Source: an uncultured delta proteobacterium (GTDB lineage: Bacteria > Desulfobacterota > RBG-13-43-22). From it: 64,000 nucleotides of DNA. The notes under the pieces are model-generated. The model saw nothing but the letters and a program-made list of their open reading frames with translations. It was not told where the DNA came from and searched no databases. Below are positions 50,801-59,584 of this stretch, piece after piece. The stretch spans positions 96,001 through 160,000 of the forward strand of contig CAWJJC010000005.1 of the NCBI GenBank assembly GCA_963843145.1, given 5' to 3'. The position numbers and the translations under genes are program-made. The number at the start of each line of letters is the position of its first letter. Within the stretch, counting starts at the first letter, position 1.

Positions 50801-52688
50801 GCGGCGGCACAGGGGCCGTGGGCGATTCCATTCTGACCGGGGGTTTACCGATCGGCATGAAGAACATCACCGAGGGATTCGACCCCTATTACGGCCGGAT
50901 TAACGTCCTGCTCGGCACCACCCCCGTCCCGCTCGACCCGTTGGCACCCGCCCCACAGGTGCCCGGCATCGCCACCTACATCGACCCGCCCTCCGATTTC
51001 TGGAACGACGGCCAGACCTATGTCTTCCGGTTATCGCACATCGGCGTGGACAGCCATGCGATGCACTTCCACCTGGTAAACCTCCAGGTGGTCAACCGGG
51101 TGGACTATACCAACACCATGCTGCCCCCCGACCCCAGCGAGCTGGGCTGGAGGGAAACCATCCGGACCAATCCGTTCACGGACGTCATCCTGGCGGTGAC
51201 CCCGAAAAGGATGGTGCTTCCCTTCGCGCTCTACCCGAGCATTCGGCTCCTGGACCCTTCGACAACGGTGGGGTCCACGGCGAATTATATCCAGCCGGCC
51301 CCGGTCCCCGGGACACCCACTCCGGCCGGTATCTCCAACGTGTTGACCAACTTCGGAGGGGAGTACGTCTGGCATTGCCACCTCTTGAGCCATGAAGAGA
51401 ACGACATGATGCGGACGATTGTCTTCAAAGTGCCGTTGGCCTCACCGGCTGCGCCTACGCTCCTTACCGCCACCCAAACCGCGGCAGGGGCCGTCAAACT
51501 CAATTGGCAATATAATTCAGGGAATGAGAGCGGTTTCGAGGTATATAGGTGCGATAGTACTTGCACCCCTTATACTGGACTGGGACGCCCATCGCCACAG
51601 GCAATACAAACCAGCCCACGTTTACCGATACTACGGTTGTTCCGGGCGCGCAACCTACTCCTATCAGGTCGTCGCCCTGAACTCGTTCGCGACTGTCACT
51701 AAAAATCCGTCAAATACACTCACAATAACCACCGGTACCGTGACCGCACCGGCAAGCCCGTCACTTTTGACCGCCACGCCGTCGGCCTTGGGCCCGAATC
51801 CTCCTACAGTGGCGCTCGTCTGGACGGACAACTCCACCAACGAGTTGGGCTTCATTGTCCAGAGGGCCACGAATGCCGGCTTCACGGCCGGACTGACCAC
51901 CTTCCCGATGATTGCCGCGAACCATACGGCATTATACCGACACGACGGTGGTCGCGATGACGCAGTACTGGTACCGGGTGCGCGCCCATAATTTGGGCGG
52001 CGATTCGGGCAATGCAACTGCCGGACCGACCACCACAACGGGCCAGATTCCGGCGGACCCGGCCAATCTGGTGGCCTCACCCTTCACCGTCACCACGACT
52101 CCACCGGCGGTGTCCGTGAAATTGACCTGGACTGACAACTCCACTAATGAAACCAACTTCAGGATCCAGAGGGCTACGGATGCCTCCTTCACCGCGGGAC
52201 TGACCAACTACACGGTCGGTGCCAACGTGACGACCTACAACGATACGGCGGTTTCACCCAATATCCATTACTACTATCGGGTTATCGCCTTGAACGCGGA
52301 CGGTCCTTCGGGGTACTCCAATACCGCCGAGGTCACGCCGATGAACCTGTCGCTTACGTCGCCGACCAGTCTGGTGGCCACGGCGTCTCCCGCCGGCAAG
52401 GCCTCTGCGGTGAGTTTGACCTGGACCGACACCGACACCAACGCGACCACCTTCATCATCGAGCGGGCGTTGGATGCCGGGTTCACCACCGGGGTGACCA
52501 CCTTCTCGATCGGCAGGCTCGGAGACGTTACGAGCTATACCGACAGGACGGTCATGCCGCTGACGACCTACTTTTATCAGGTCGTTGCTTTCAACGTTCT
52601 TGGGAGTTCGCTGCCGTCGAACACGGCAACCGTAACCACGAATTCGGGAGCCAGTTTCATCTATTTACCTTTAATTCTTAAACATTAA
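47862..52688 (+). CDS. Large secreted multicopper oxidase (Geobacter OmpB-like) with inserted GxGY repeats and four FN3 domains; about 10 frameshifts in this assembly
   Basis: Signal peptide; IRKFVDALPGLG, GQYIPVAVP, DYYEI; Cu motifs PHLHGG, FYHDHA, HAMHFH, WHCHLLSHEENDMM; FN3 WTDNSTNE; C-terminus FIYLPLILKH. Confidence 0.85.
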
Positions 52689-52700
52689 CCAATAACCGGT

Positions 52701-52741
52701 GGGGGGGCAGGGTCGATTAACCCTGCCCCCCTTCTTTTTTT
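52701..52741 (+). terminator. Intrinsic terminator
   Basis: GGGGGGCAGGG-tcgattaa-CCCTGCCCCCC followed by TTCTTTTTTT directly after the stop codon. Confidence 0.85.
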
Positions 52742-53201
52742 AACCCACCCCATCCAATTAGATAGTCGAAAAAAAACACTACCGGTAATCCAAACCTTCC
52801 CCCGACCAGCGCCCCGCCCTCTCCCCCCAAACCGGCTTCGGCCTTAAATACTCGGGCCATCATGCGGTTTTAGTATGTAAATAACCACCGCATGTTATGC
52901 GACCACTTTCGCTCCTTCTATGGCATGTATCCAATATCTTTATGCCGTCGGATTCCGGCCTCGAGTACCGGGGGTTCAATGCGAAAATAAATTGAGTGAA
53001 CAAGTGATCATTCTTAGGGGCGTCGCCCTGGCCATTCCGGTCTGTATTTGACACCATGCCTTATGCCCTTGATTGCAATGAAGTGAATCCCGTTCAGCCG
53101 GAAGTGGGCGACCGGACCCAAACTGAATAAGCATAAATTTTGACATCCTTCGGCAGGTGCTTGACCCTGGACATATGTATGGGAATTTAAGGAGTAAGAA
53201 A

Positions 53202-53569
53202 ATGGAAGCATCAAAACTTACTTTTAAAGGACAGGTAACCATCCCCAAGAAAGTACGGACCGCATTGGGATTCAGGCGGGTGATTTGGTTATCTTTTCTG
53301 TGGAGGGGGAAAAGGCCGTTCTAGAACCCTTTATAAAAAAGTCGTTGCTCGATTTCTATGGGACTCTGCCGGTTAAACGAAAATACCCCGGTTTTGAGGC
53401 CACGCGCCGGGAAGTACATCAGAAAATTTCCAATCAGGAATCGCCGGTCCAGACCCCATTTCAAAAAGTCCGTCACCTGCTGGGAGTGGCGGAAAGCGGC
53501 GTGAAGGATCTGGGGGAAAACCACCGGGCCTATCTAATGAAAAAAATAAGAAAATCCGCCTGGATATAG
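53202..53569 (+). pseudogene. AbrB/MazE-type antitoxin (frameshift at about 53268) fused to a second antitoxin fragment
   Basis: MEASKLTFKGQVTIPKKVRTALG then DLVIFSVEGEKAVL; tail LLGVAESGVKDLGENHRAYL. Confidence 0.7.
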
Positions 53570-53640
53570 TAACCTTCGATAAACGGGATTTTAACACTTA
53601 CCGCCTGCCTTCCGGAAGCCCTTTTCACCTCCTGCCTTAA
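53565..53640 (+). pseudogene. PIN/VapC toxin C-terminal fragment
   Basis: Manual translation IVTFDKRDFNTYRLPSGSPFHLLP. Confidence 0.55.
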
Positions 53641-53649
53641 AATTATTCT

Positions 53650-53677
53650 TTGCAAAAGATCAATAATGATCTAATAT
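53650..53677 (+). promoter_or_regulatory. Putative promoter with palindromic operator for the RelE-like TA pair
   Basis: TTGCAA-N16-TAATAT overlapping AGATCA-ATAA-TGATCT; ATG follows after 6 nt with no RBS. Confidence 0.5.
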
Positions 53678-53683
53678 TGAATC

Positions 53684-54001
53684 ATGAGGGCTAACTTCAA
53701 GCGTCCGTTTGGCCAGTACGTGAAGAAGGCACACAAGCCTTTGCAACTTGCCATCGAGGACGTAGTAGAGGAGATTTGCGGCGATCCCAAGATGGGGGAA
53801 GCGAAGGGCGGCGACCTTGCCGGAATACGGGTGTACAAATTCCGGTTTAATCGGCAAGAGTACTTGGTAGCTTACCGACCGCCAATCCAGGCACTACGCG
53901 ATCAGGCGGATCAGGTCGAGTTTCCGGTCATCGACTTTTACTTGGTGGGACCCCATGAAAATTTTTACGACACCCTCAAACGTTTTTTGCGAGAGGAATA
54001 A
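53684..54001 (+). CDS. RelE/ParE-like type II toxin
   Basis: FGQYVKK, GEAKGGDLAGIRVYKF, YLVAY, GPHENFYDTLKR. Confidence 0.82.
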   Translation: MRANFKRPFGQYVKKAHKPLQLAIEDVVEEICGDPKMGEAKGGDLAGIRVYKFRFNRQEYLVAYRPPIQALRDQADQVEFPVIDFYLVGPHENFYDTLKRFLREE

Positions 54002-54005
54002 TGCC

Positions 54006-54329
54006 ATGAGCCATAGCTTAACAGCAGAGGACCTTCTTTCCGAAATGAAAGCGATGCCTTCGGCCGAGCGGGGCCGGTTCTTTGTCCTCTTAGGCATGAA
54101 GATCTTTCAAGACGACAACCTGACCCACGAGCAGGTTTTCGGGCATTTGGCGAACGTTGAGTTCACGGCCCAAGAGGCAGCGGAATATCTAGAGGTTGCG
54201 ATAGCCACCTTTCGGCGTTATGTACAACGCGGAAAGGTCAAACCTTCCCGTGTCGTGGGCCGCAGCCAGATGTTTTCGACCCATGATCTTAAAGCGTTCA
54301 AGCGATCTCTGGGGGACGTAAAGGGTTGA
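54006..54329 (+). CDS. Excisionase-like (HTH_17) DNA-binding protein, probable antitoxin
   Basis: FTAQEAAEYLEVAIATFRRYVQRGK; coupled to the upstream toxin. Confidence 0.78.
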   Translation: MSHSLTAEDLLSEMKAMPSAERGRFFVLLGMKIFQDDNLTHEQVFGHLANVEFTAQEAAEYLEVAIATFRRYVQRGKVKPSRVVGRSQMFSTHDLKAFKRSLGDVKG

Positions 54330-54390
54330 CATCCGGCGGGCGCGTAGGTGAAGGGCTTGTTGATGGGTCGGAGTCCAAAGGAGTAAGAAA

Positions 54391-54636
54391 ATGGAAAAAG
54401 AAAAAATTACTGTTGAGGGGGAAAAGGCCGGCTTAAAACCCTTTATAAGAAAGTCGCTGCTCGATTTTTATGGAACTATGCCGGTTAAACGAAAATACCC
54501 CGGTCTTGAGGCCATTCGCCGGGAATTGCATCAGAAAATTTCAAAAACCATTTTTCCCTTTGATCGCCACTTTGATCGAGTGGCAGGTATCGAACGACTG
54601 GAACCCCTAAGTAAAGCTCACAGTGTCAGGTCTTGA
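54391..54636 (+). pseudogene. Deleted duplicate of the AbrB antitoxin fused to a PIN C-terminus
   Basis: Same AAGGAGTAAGAAAATGGAA start and VEGEKA..KSLLDFYGT..KRKYPG as 53202; tail FDRHFDRVAGIERLEP. Confidence 0.65.
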
Positions 54637-54661
54637 AAGATGTCGGAAATACACACCATTC

Positions 54662-54690
54662 TTGACAAAAGAGATATTTCTCGGTATTCT
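54662..54690 (+). promoter_or_regulatory. Putative sigma-70 promoter of the DUF433/DUF5615 pair
   Basis: TTGACA-N17-TATTCT with a GAGA-TATT-TCTC inverted repeat in the spacer. Confidence 0.55.
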
Positions 54691-54722
54691 TGAAATATAA
54701 TAAAAAGGTTTAAGGTGCAAAA

Positions 54723-55052
54723 ATGAACACCGTGCAGGAAGCTGAAAAACTCTTAGCTGCGATGACGAGGGCCGAAAAAGCCCAATTCCTTCAATGGATC
54801 GTACGAGATTTGGGCGACGCCTTTCCGGGTATTGACAGCCAACCGGATATTTGCGGGGGAGAACCGCGAATTGTTCGCACACGTATTCCGGTCTGGGTTT
54901 TAGTTCAGGCTAGACGTTTAGGCTTGAGTGAATCTGAACTCCTGCGAGGTTACCCCACGCTGCGGGCGGAAGACCTAGCCAATGCCTGGGCCTATGATCG
55001 AGTTCATCGTGAAGAAATCGAACGGCAAATAAAAGAAAATGAGGCGGCCTAG
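54723..55052 (+). CDS. DUF433 antitoxin
   Basis: PDICGGEPRIVRTRIPVW, YPTLRAEDL. Confidence 0.88.
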   Translation: MNTVQEAEKLLAAMTRAEKAQFLQWIVRDLGDAFPGIDSQPDICGGEPRIVRTRIPVWVLVQARRLGLSESELLRGYPTLRAEDLANAWAYDRVHREEIERQIKENEAA

Positions 55053-55394
55053 TTGGCGAGATTGTATTCCAACGAAAACTTTCCCCTTCCCGTTGTTAAT
55101 GAACTCCGACGGCTGGGACACGACGTTTTGACCATTCAAGAAACCGGTCAAGGAAACCAATGCCTATCTGACGAAGCCGTATTAATTTTTGCCCTGGCAG
55201 AAAAACGAATGGTATTAACTCTAAACCGCAAGCACTTTATTCGGCTACACCATGAGGGTAAGGACCACTGCGGAATTGTTGTTTGCACGCTGGACATAGA
55301 TTTTGTTGGTCTGGCCCAGCGCATTCATGAGGAAATTAATGCCAATTCAGAAAACCTCCGCCCTTTGATTCGCGTAAACCGGCCTTCTCGGTAA
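55053..55394 (+). CDS. DUF5615 PIN-like toxin
   Basis: LYSNENFP, LRRLGHDV, SDEAVL, LTLNRKHF, HCGI. Confidence 0.85.
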   Translation: MARLYSNENFPLPVVNELRRLGHDVLTIQETGQGNQCLSDEAVLIFALAEKRMVLTLNRKHFIRLHHEGKDHCGIVVCTLDIDFVGLAQRIHEEINANSENLRPLIRVNRPSR

Positions 55395-55419
55395 GGCGCG
55401 GCCTTTCCCACAGGAAATT

Positions 55420-55520
55420 TCCAAAACAATCAGAAAAACAACCTGAATTTGGCCGATGCCTTAATGGCCTCTACCGCGCTGCGAAAGGGGCCCCTTTCCA
55501 TTTTTTCCTTTGATCTCCAC
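55420..55520 (+). pseudogene. PIN/VapC fragment
   Basis: NLNLADALMASTAL...IFSFD. Confidence 0.5.
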
Positions 55521-55649
55521 GCAGAGGTTATTCTTTTCCGCGAAGCGGCAGACTGTTTTTTCATTGCCGCCCCGCCGGCGGCGGGGACACCGGCAATGAA
55601 AAATAAGACCTTTGCGCCCTTTGCGGCTTTGCGGTGAGATCGCCCTTCT

Positions 55650-56645
55650 TCACTCCAAAACCAGGTGGGAAAGGAGAATCTCAACGGTAACTATGGCGGT
55701 AAAGATCAAAAAGCAGAGGATCGAGGCCAGGGCTAGTTTCTTCTGAATCCCGGGCAGTGCTTCGGAGAGACTCTTTATTTTTCTAAACGGCATCAGCACC
55801 CCGGTTCCGATCCCGGTAATGGCCCCTCCCAAAAGGGTAAGGTACAGCGGATACCCGACAAAATAATATTCCTTTTGAAGCAGGCAGAAGGGACAGGCGT
55901 GGGTCGGGAGCTCATAAATATAGAGGGAGATGAACGAAAAAATGGAGCCGATGGATACGACTAAGGCCAAGGCGCTCAAACCCGAGAACAGGAGGCCTCC
56001 CCGGCCTTTCCAAAAGAAATAAAATCCCGAGCCGATGGTCAGAGGCAGGATGATATAAAAGGCCGCCATGGCCTGAACCTTGGGGAAAAGAAATATCCCC
56101 GAAGGAAGAACGCTGCTCCCGGTACTAAAAAGAGTCCCGCAACAAGAGGTAATAATATCCGGTTTAAGACGAAGGAAGTAGTTGGCCTGCAGTACCATCT
56201 CTAAAAGTATCAGAGGAACCAGCAATAGGAAAAAAAAGTACTTTTTTTTGATCAGCGGGTAATCCTCGCCCTGGTGGTCCACATAATTCACAATCAGCCA
56301 GATTCCGGCGAGAAGAAAATTGATCAGTTTGACGATGAGTGTCGGATAGCCGTAGGGATTGACGTAGAGGGATCCCGCGGCGCACATGGCGCCCACAAAA
56401 AGCGGGTGGAGTTGTTCCGCCGTAAAAATATACAGAAAAAAGGACAGGAGTTCAAAGCCGAAGGCATAGGCCAGGAGGGTTGAGATCAGGTACGTTTTTC
56501 TCTCGATCGCTAATTGCAGCTCGCTGCCGCTTTTCAGGTCCCAGCGCCACAAAATCTGCAGAGCCTGCGGCGCCGCGTAGAGGATCATGAAAGTCACCAA
56601 CAGGGAACCCACGTAAAGAGCCAGGATAGTGGGATGAAAAAGCAT
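55650..56645 (-). CDS. Polytopic membrane protein with Cys/His motifs
   Basis: Multiple TM segments; GAMCAAG, ITSCCG, YELPTHACPFCLL. Confidence 0.75.
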   Translation of the reverse strand: MLFHPTILALYVGSLLVTFMILYAAPQALQILWRWDLKSGSELQLAIERKTYLISTLLAYAFGFELLSFFLYIFTAEQLHPLFVGAMCAAGSLYVNPYGYPTLIVKLINFLLAGIWLIVNYVDHQGEDYPLIKKKYFFFLLLVPLILLEMVLQANYFLRLKPDIITSCCGTLFSTGSSVLPSGIFLFPKVQAMAAFYIILPLTIGSGFYFFWKGRGGLLFSGLSALALVVSIGSIFSFISLYIYELPTHACPFCLLQKEYYFVGYPLYLTLLGGAITGIGTGVLMPFRKIKSLSEALPGIQKKLALASILCFLIFTAIVTVEILLSHLVLE

Positions 56646-56706
56646 GAATAACCCTCACAATAACCTAACAAATCGTAGAATCTGTTTCTAGCGTTTGAAC
56701 AGCCGT

Positions 56707-56937
56707 GATCTTTAAATCCGAAATTCGAAGCACGAAATCCGAAACAAGCACGAAGGTCCGAAATCCAAATGATCAAAACAAGAGCGTTTGATGCTTTTGG
56801 TAGAATCCTTGAAGCCTTCACGATGGGGGCTTAGGGAATGATGCCATCCTTCTTCTAGAGCAAAATATTCCCGTTTGGAATTTTGAATTTTGGTCATTTG
56901 AGTTTGTTTCGTGCTTCGAATTTCGAGTTTCGAATTT
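56707..56937. repeat. Heptamer-based palindromic element, copy 2
   Basis: Same left arm as 28620; inverted right arm TTTCGTGCTTCGAATTTCGAGTTTCGAATTT. Confidence 0.85.
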
Positions 56938-56952
56938 CCAACCAAAAATTTA

Positions 56953-57633
56953 TCAATTTTTGGTTGGCTCTATTCTCCCATCCCGCACATTGACCACCCG
57001 GTCCACCACCGGGGATTCGTACACCAGAGGATCGTGGCTCGACAGGAGCAAGGTTTTTCCCTCGGCTTTCAGTTCCTGAAGGATTTCCATCAAGGCCTGG
57101 GAATTCGCGGTATCCAAATGGGCGGTGGGTTCATCGGCAATGATGATCGAGGGATTGTTGATCAAAGCCCGGGCAATAGTCACGCGCTGGGCCTCCCCTC
57201 CGGAGAGCCATTGGACCTTGGAATTAGCCTTAGAGGCGACATGTAAAAGGTCTAAAAGGCGCATCCCCCTTTTCTTCAAGGCAGCATGGGCCTCTCCCAG
57301 GGGATAGGCGGGCAACAAAGCATTTTCCAGGGCGGTGATGCCCTGGATAAGATTGGGCTGCTGGAAGATAAAGCCAAAGGTTTTTCTGCGGATCTCCGTG
57401 AGGAAGCGCTCCGGAAGGCTGGTAATCTCGCGGTCCTGAAGCCAGATCCGTCCCTGCGTCGGCCGAGTCATGCAGCCGATCAGGCTCAACAGCGTCGTCT
57501 TGCCCGACCCGCTGGGACCTTTCAAGACGGTGGCCTGCTGATCTTCCAGGGACAAGCTGACCCCTCGAATCGCGGCGAACTCGTTGGGCTTACCGGCATT
57601 AAAAACTTTTTTGATTTCAACCAGTCTGATCAT
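56953..57633 (-). CDS. ABC ATP-binding protein (LolD/MacB-like)
   Basis: GPSGSGKTT, LSGGEAQR, ADEPTAHLD. Confidence 0.9.
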   Translation of the reverse strand: MIRLVEIKKVFNAGKPNEFAAIRGVSLSLEDQQATVLKGPSGSGKTTLLSLIGCMTRPTQGRIWLQDREITSLPERFLTEIRRKTFGFIFQQPNLIQGITALENALLPAYPLGEAHAALKKRGMRLLDLLHVASKANSKVQWLSGGEAQRVTIARALINNPSIIIADEPTAHLDTANSQALMEILQELKAEGKTLLLSSHDPLVYESPVVDRVVNVRDGRIEPTKN

Positions 57634-57667
57634 AATCGTTACTCGTTTCTAACACCTTAACAGTTGA

Positions 57668-57811
57668 GATCCTTAAATCCGAAATTCGAAGCACGAAATC
57701 CGAAACAAGCACGAAGGTCCAAAATCCGAATGACCAAAACAAAAACGTTTCGAATTTTGAAATTTGGTCATTTGAATTTGTTTCGGATTTCGATATTCGG
57801 ATTTCGAATTT
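57668..57811. repeat. Heptamer-based palindromic element, copy 3
   Basis: GATCCTTAAATCCGAAATTCGAAGCACGAAATCCGAAACAAGCACGAAGGTCC...TTTCGGATTTCGATATTCGGATTTCGAATTT. Confidence 0.85.
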
Positions 57812-57868
57812 GAACTAAAAATTCAAATATTTTTTGGTTAGCTTTATCTAACCCTGATACCCGGAAGA

Positions 57869-59002
57869 TCACCGCATCACCGAATCCGGATCCACGATAG
57901 CCGCCCTCCAGGAGGGGATAATCGTCGCCACCGTGTAGGGAACCACGATCAGAAAAAACAACGCCGCCACCTGCGCCCCATCGATATAGGGAGTAATCGT
58001 AAAGCGGGGATAGAGGACGGACCATCCTTTCAGCACCGGCTCAAAAAGGATGGCGGAGGCCAGGAAGACATGGGCGTAGGCCAGCAGGACCCCCGGGAGG
58101 AAGGCAGAGAGGGAAATTGCCATCCCTTCCCAGAATTTCATCAGGAGCACGTCCGAGGTCTCCCAGCCGATCGCTTTGAGAATCCCGATCTCCCGCCGTT
58201 CCTCCATACTCGGGCCCGAAGCTTTATCCCAGGCAAAAATGATAAAAGCCAGCACGCTTCCGAAAAGGATAGTGATCAGAAGGCCCCCGCGCCAACTGAA
58301 AACGGCGTCGTAGGTCCTCAGGATATCCCCACGCAGGATCTGCCGGGTATCGGGAAAGGCCTCCGCCACTTTTAAGGCAATGGTCGAAAGCTCCCTGGGG
58401 TTTTTGACCCGGACCGCCAGATCGGTCACGTAATCCCCGGTGAGCCCGAAAAGCCCCCGGAAGTCCTCCTCGGTGATCAGGACCAGGTCGGAAGAAACCA
58501 GCCCTACCTCGGACGGAAAAATCTTGCTTATTTTCAACTCCCGGATGACCCCGGCGGATGTCCTGAATTCGAGTTCATCGCCTATCGAGGCCAGTCTCAG
58601 CCTGGCGACGCCTTCGCCGACGGCGATGCTTCCGGGAACCACCTCCGGGTCCTCCGAAACCAGGAGGGTGTAATTGGCGCCTACGATCGGATCGTAATAG
58701 TATCCCCACAATCGCCCCCGGGCCGATTGGACCCCCCGGATTTTTCTGATTTTTTCCAGGTAGCTCAAGGGGATCAATTCGTGGCGGCCCGCGACCAACC
58801 GCTGGACGATCATTTCCGGCGCTTCCGCGAGCAGGGTCGAAGCCTCTTTCTGGATAGAGCGCGTAAAAAACACCACCGAGGAGAGCAGAAAAACGATCAG
58901 CGTGTAGACCAGGACCAGGGCCGCGTTCTTCCTTTTTCTTCGAAGCAGCGCCGCCAGTGAAAAGTCGAGGATATTTTTTTGGCGTTCAATCCAGGCACGC
59001 AT
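57869..59002 (-). CDS. FtsX/MacB-like ABC permease
   Basis: ERREIGILKAIGW, PSWRAAIVDP; 4-TM topology with a periplasmic domain. Confidence 0.88.
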   Translation of the reverse strand: MRAWIERQKNILDFSLAALLRRKRKNAALVLVYTLIVFLLSSVVFFTRSIQKEASTLLAEAPEMIVQRLVAGRHELIPLSYLEKIRKIRGVQSARGRLWGYYYDPIVGANYTLLVSEDPEVVPGSIAVGEGVARLRLASIGDELEFRTSAGVIRELKISKIFPSEVGLVSSDLVLITEEDFRGLFGLTGDYVTDLAVRVKNPRELSTIALKVAEAFPDTRQILRGDILRTYDAVFSWRGGLLITILFGSVLAFIIFAWDKASGPSMEERREIGILKAIGWETSDVLLMKFWEGMAISLSAFLPGVLLAYAHVFLASAILFEPVLKGWSVLYPRFTITPYIDGAQVAALFFLIVVPYTVATIIPSWRAAIVDPDSVMR

Positions 59003-59044
59003 CTAACTAAAATTTTCCCTCCTGAGATCCATAAGTACTTACAG

Positions 59045-59170
59045 AGATAAGCGTGTACGAGTATGTGTAAGAGTACGGCGTCGCCATTACTGGGCTCCTG
59101 GTAACCTCGATCAATCGGCTTCCTCACCCCAAGCTCCCGTACTCATACACGTACTCGTACACGCCTATCT
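59045..59170. repeat. GTGTAC/GAGTAC hexamer-based palindromic element, copy 2
   Basis: 34-bp arms with 3 mismatches: AGATAAGCGTGTACGAGTATGTGTAAGAGTACGG / CCGTACTCATACACGTACTCGTACACGCCTATCT. Confidence 0.8.
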
Positions 59171-59195
59171 ACCCTGCTCGTTAATCCATTTCCGC

Positions 59196-59510
59196 CTATT
59201 TCCTACTCCCCACCTTATAAGGCGGGACCATCAGCGATCCCGACGGAAAATGTTCCAACGACAGGGGGGAATCCTGGAAGGGGGCATGAAAATCCGCCTG
59301 GCTGGGGTTGCGGGTGTAGCGAGCCTCGGTGAAGAGGCAGAGGTCGGTCAGGCCATGCTGCCGGACCAGGTTCAACTTTTCCTGAAGGAGTTCGACGTCC
59401 CCCCTTTTTTCAAAGGCGGAGTAGATAAACACCAGTCCCAAGAGACTGAGTTGGATAAGGATAACCAAAATGAAAAGGCTCGATTTTCGCATAGAGATCT
59501 TTGTTTTCAA
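59196..59510 (-). CDS. Small membrane-anchored hypothetical protein, first gene of the ABC operon
   Basis: One TM segment, then LTDLCLFTEARYTRNPS, FQDSP..LEHFPSG. Confidence 0.65.
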   Translation of the reverse strand: MKTKISMRKSSLFILVILIQLSLLGLVFIYSAFEKRGDVELLQEKLNLVRQHGLTDLCLFTEARYTRNPSQADFHAPFQDSPLSLEHFPSGSLMVPPYKVGSRK

Positions 59511-59523
59511 TTCTAATGATCAT

Positions 59524-59550
59524 AAAGGCGGGTTTTGAACCCGCCCCTAC
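59524..59550 (-). repeat. GTAG-type REP hairpin
   Basis: Minus strand GTAGGGGCGGGTTCAAAACCCGCCTTT. Confidence 0.6.
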
Positions 59551-59584
59551 TTGATATTCCCGAAAAAAAACTTATTGTAATTCG

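Noticed and set aside
52861-53190. Possible small gene or ncRNA after the oxidase terminator
   Set aside because: Only an 8-bp inverted repeat (CATGCGGT/ACCGCATG) and short ORFs without recognisable motifs.
28620-57811. Short repeated units as a possible CRISPR array
   Set aside because: Units are 6-7 bp arranged as inverted arms, there are no constant 25-40 bp repeats with unique spacers, and no cas genes are present.
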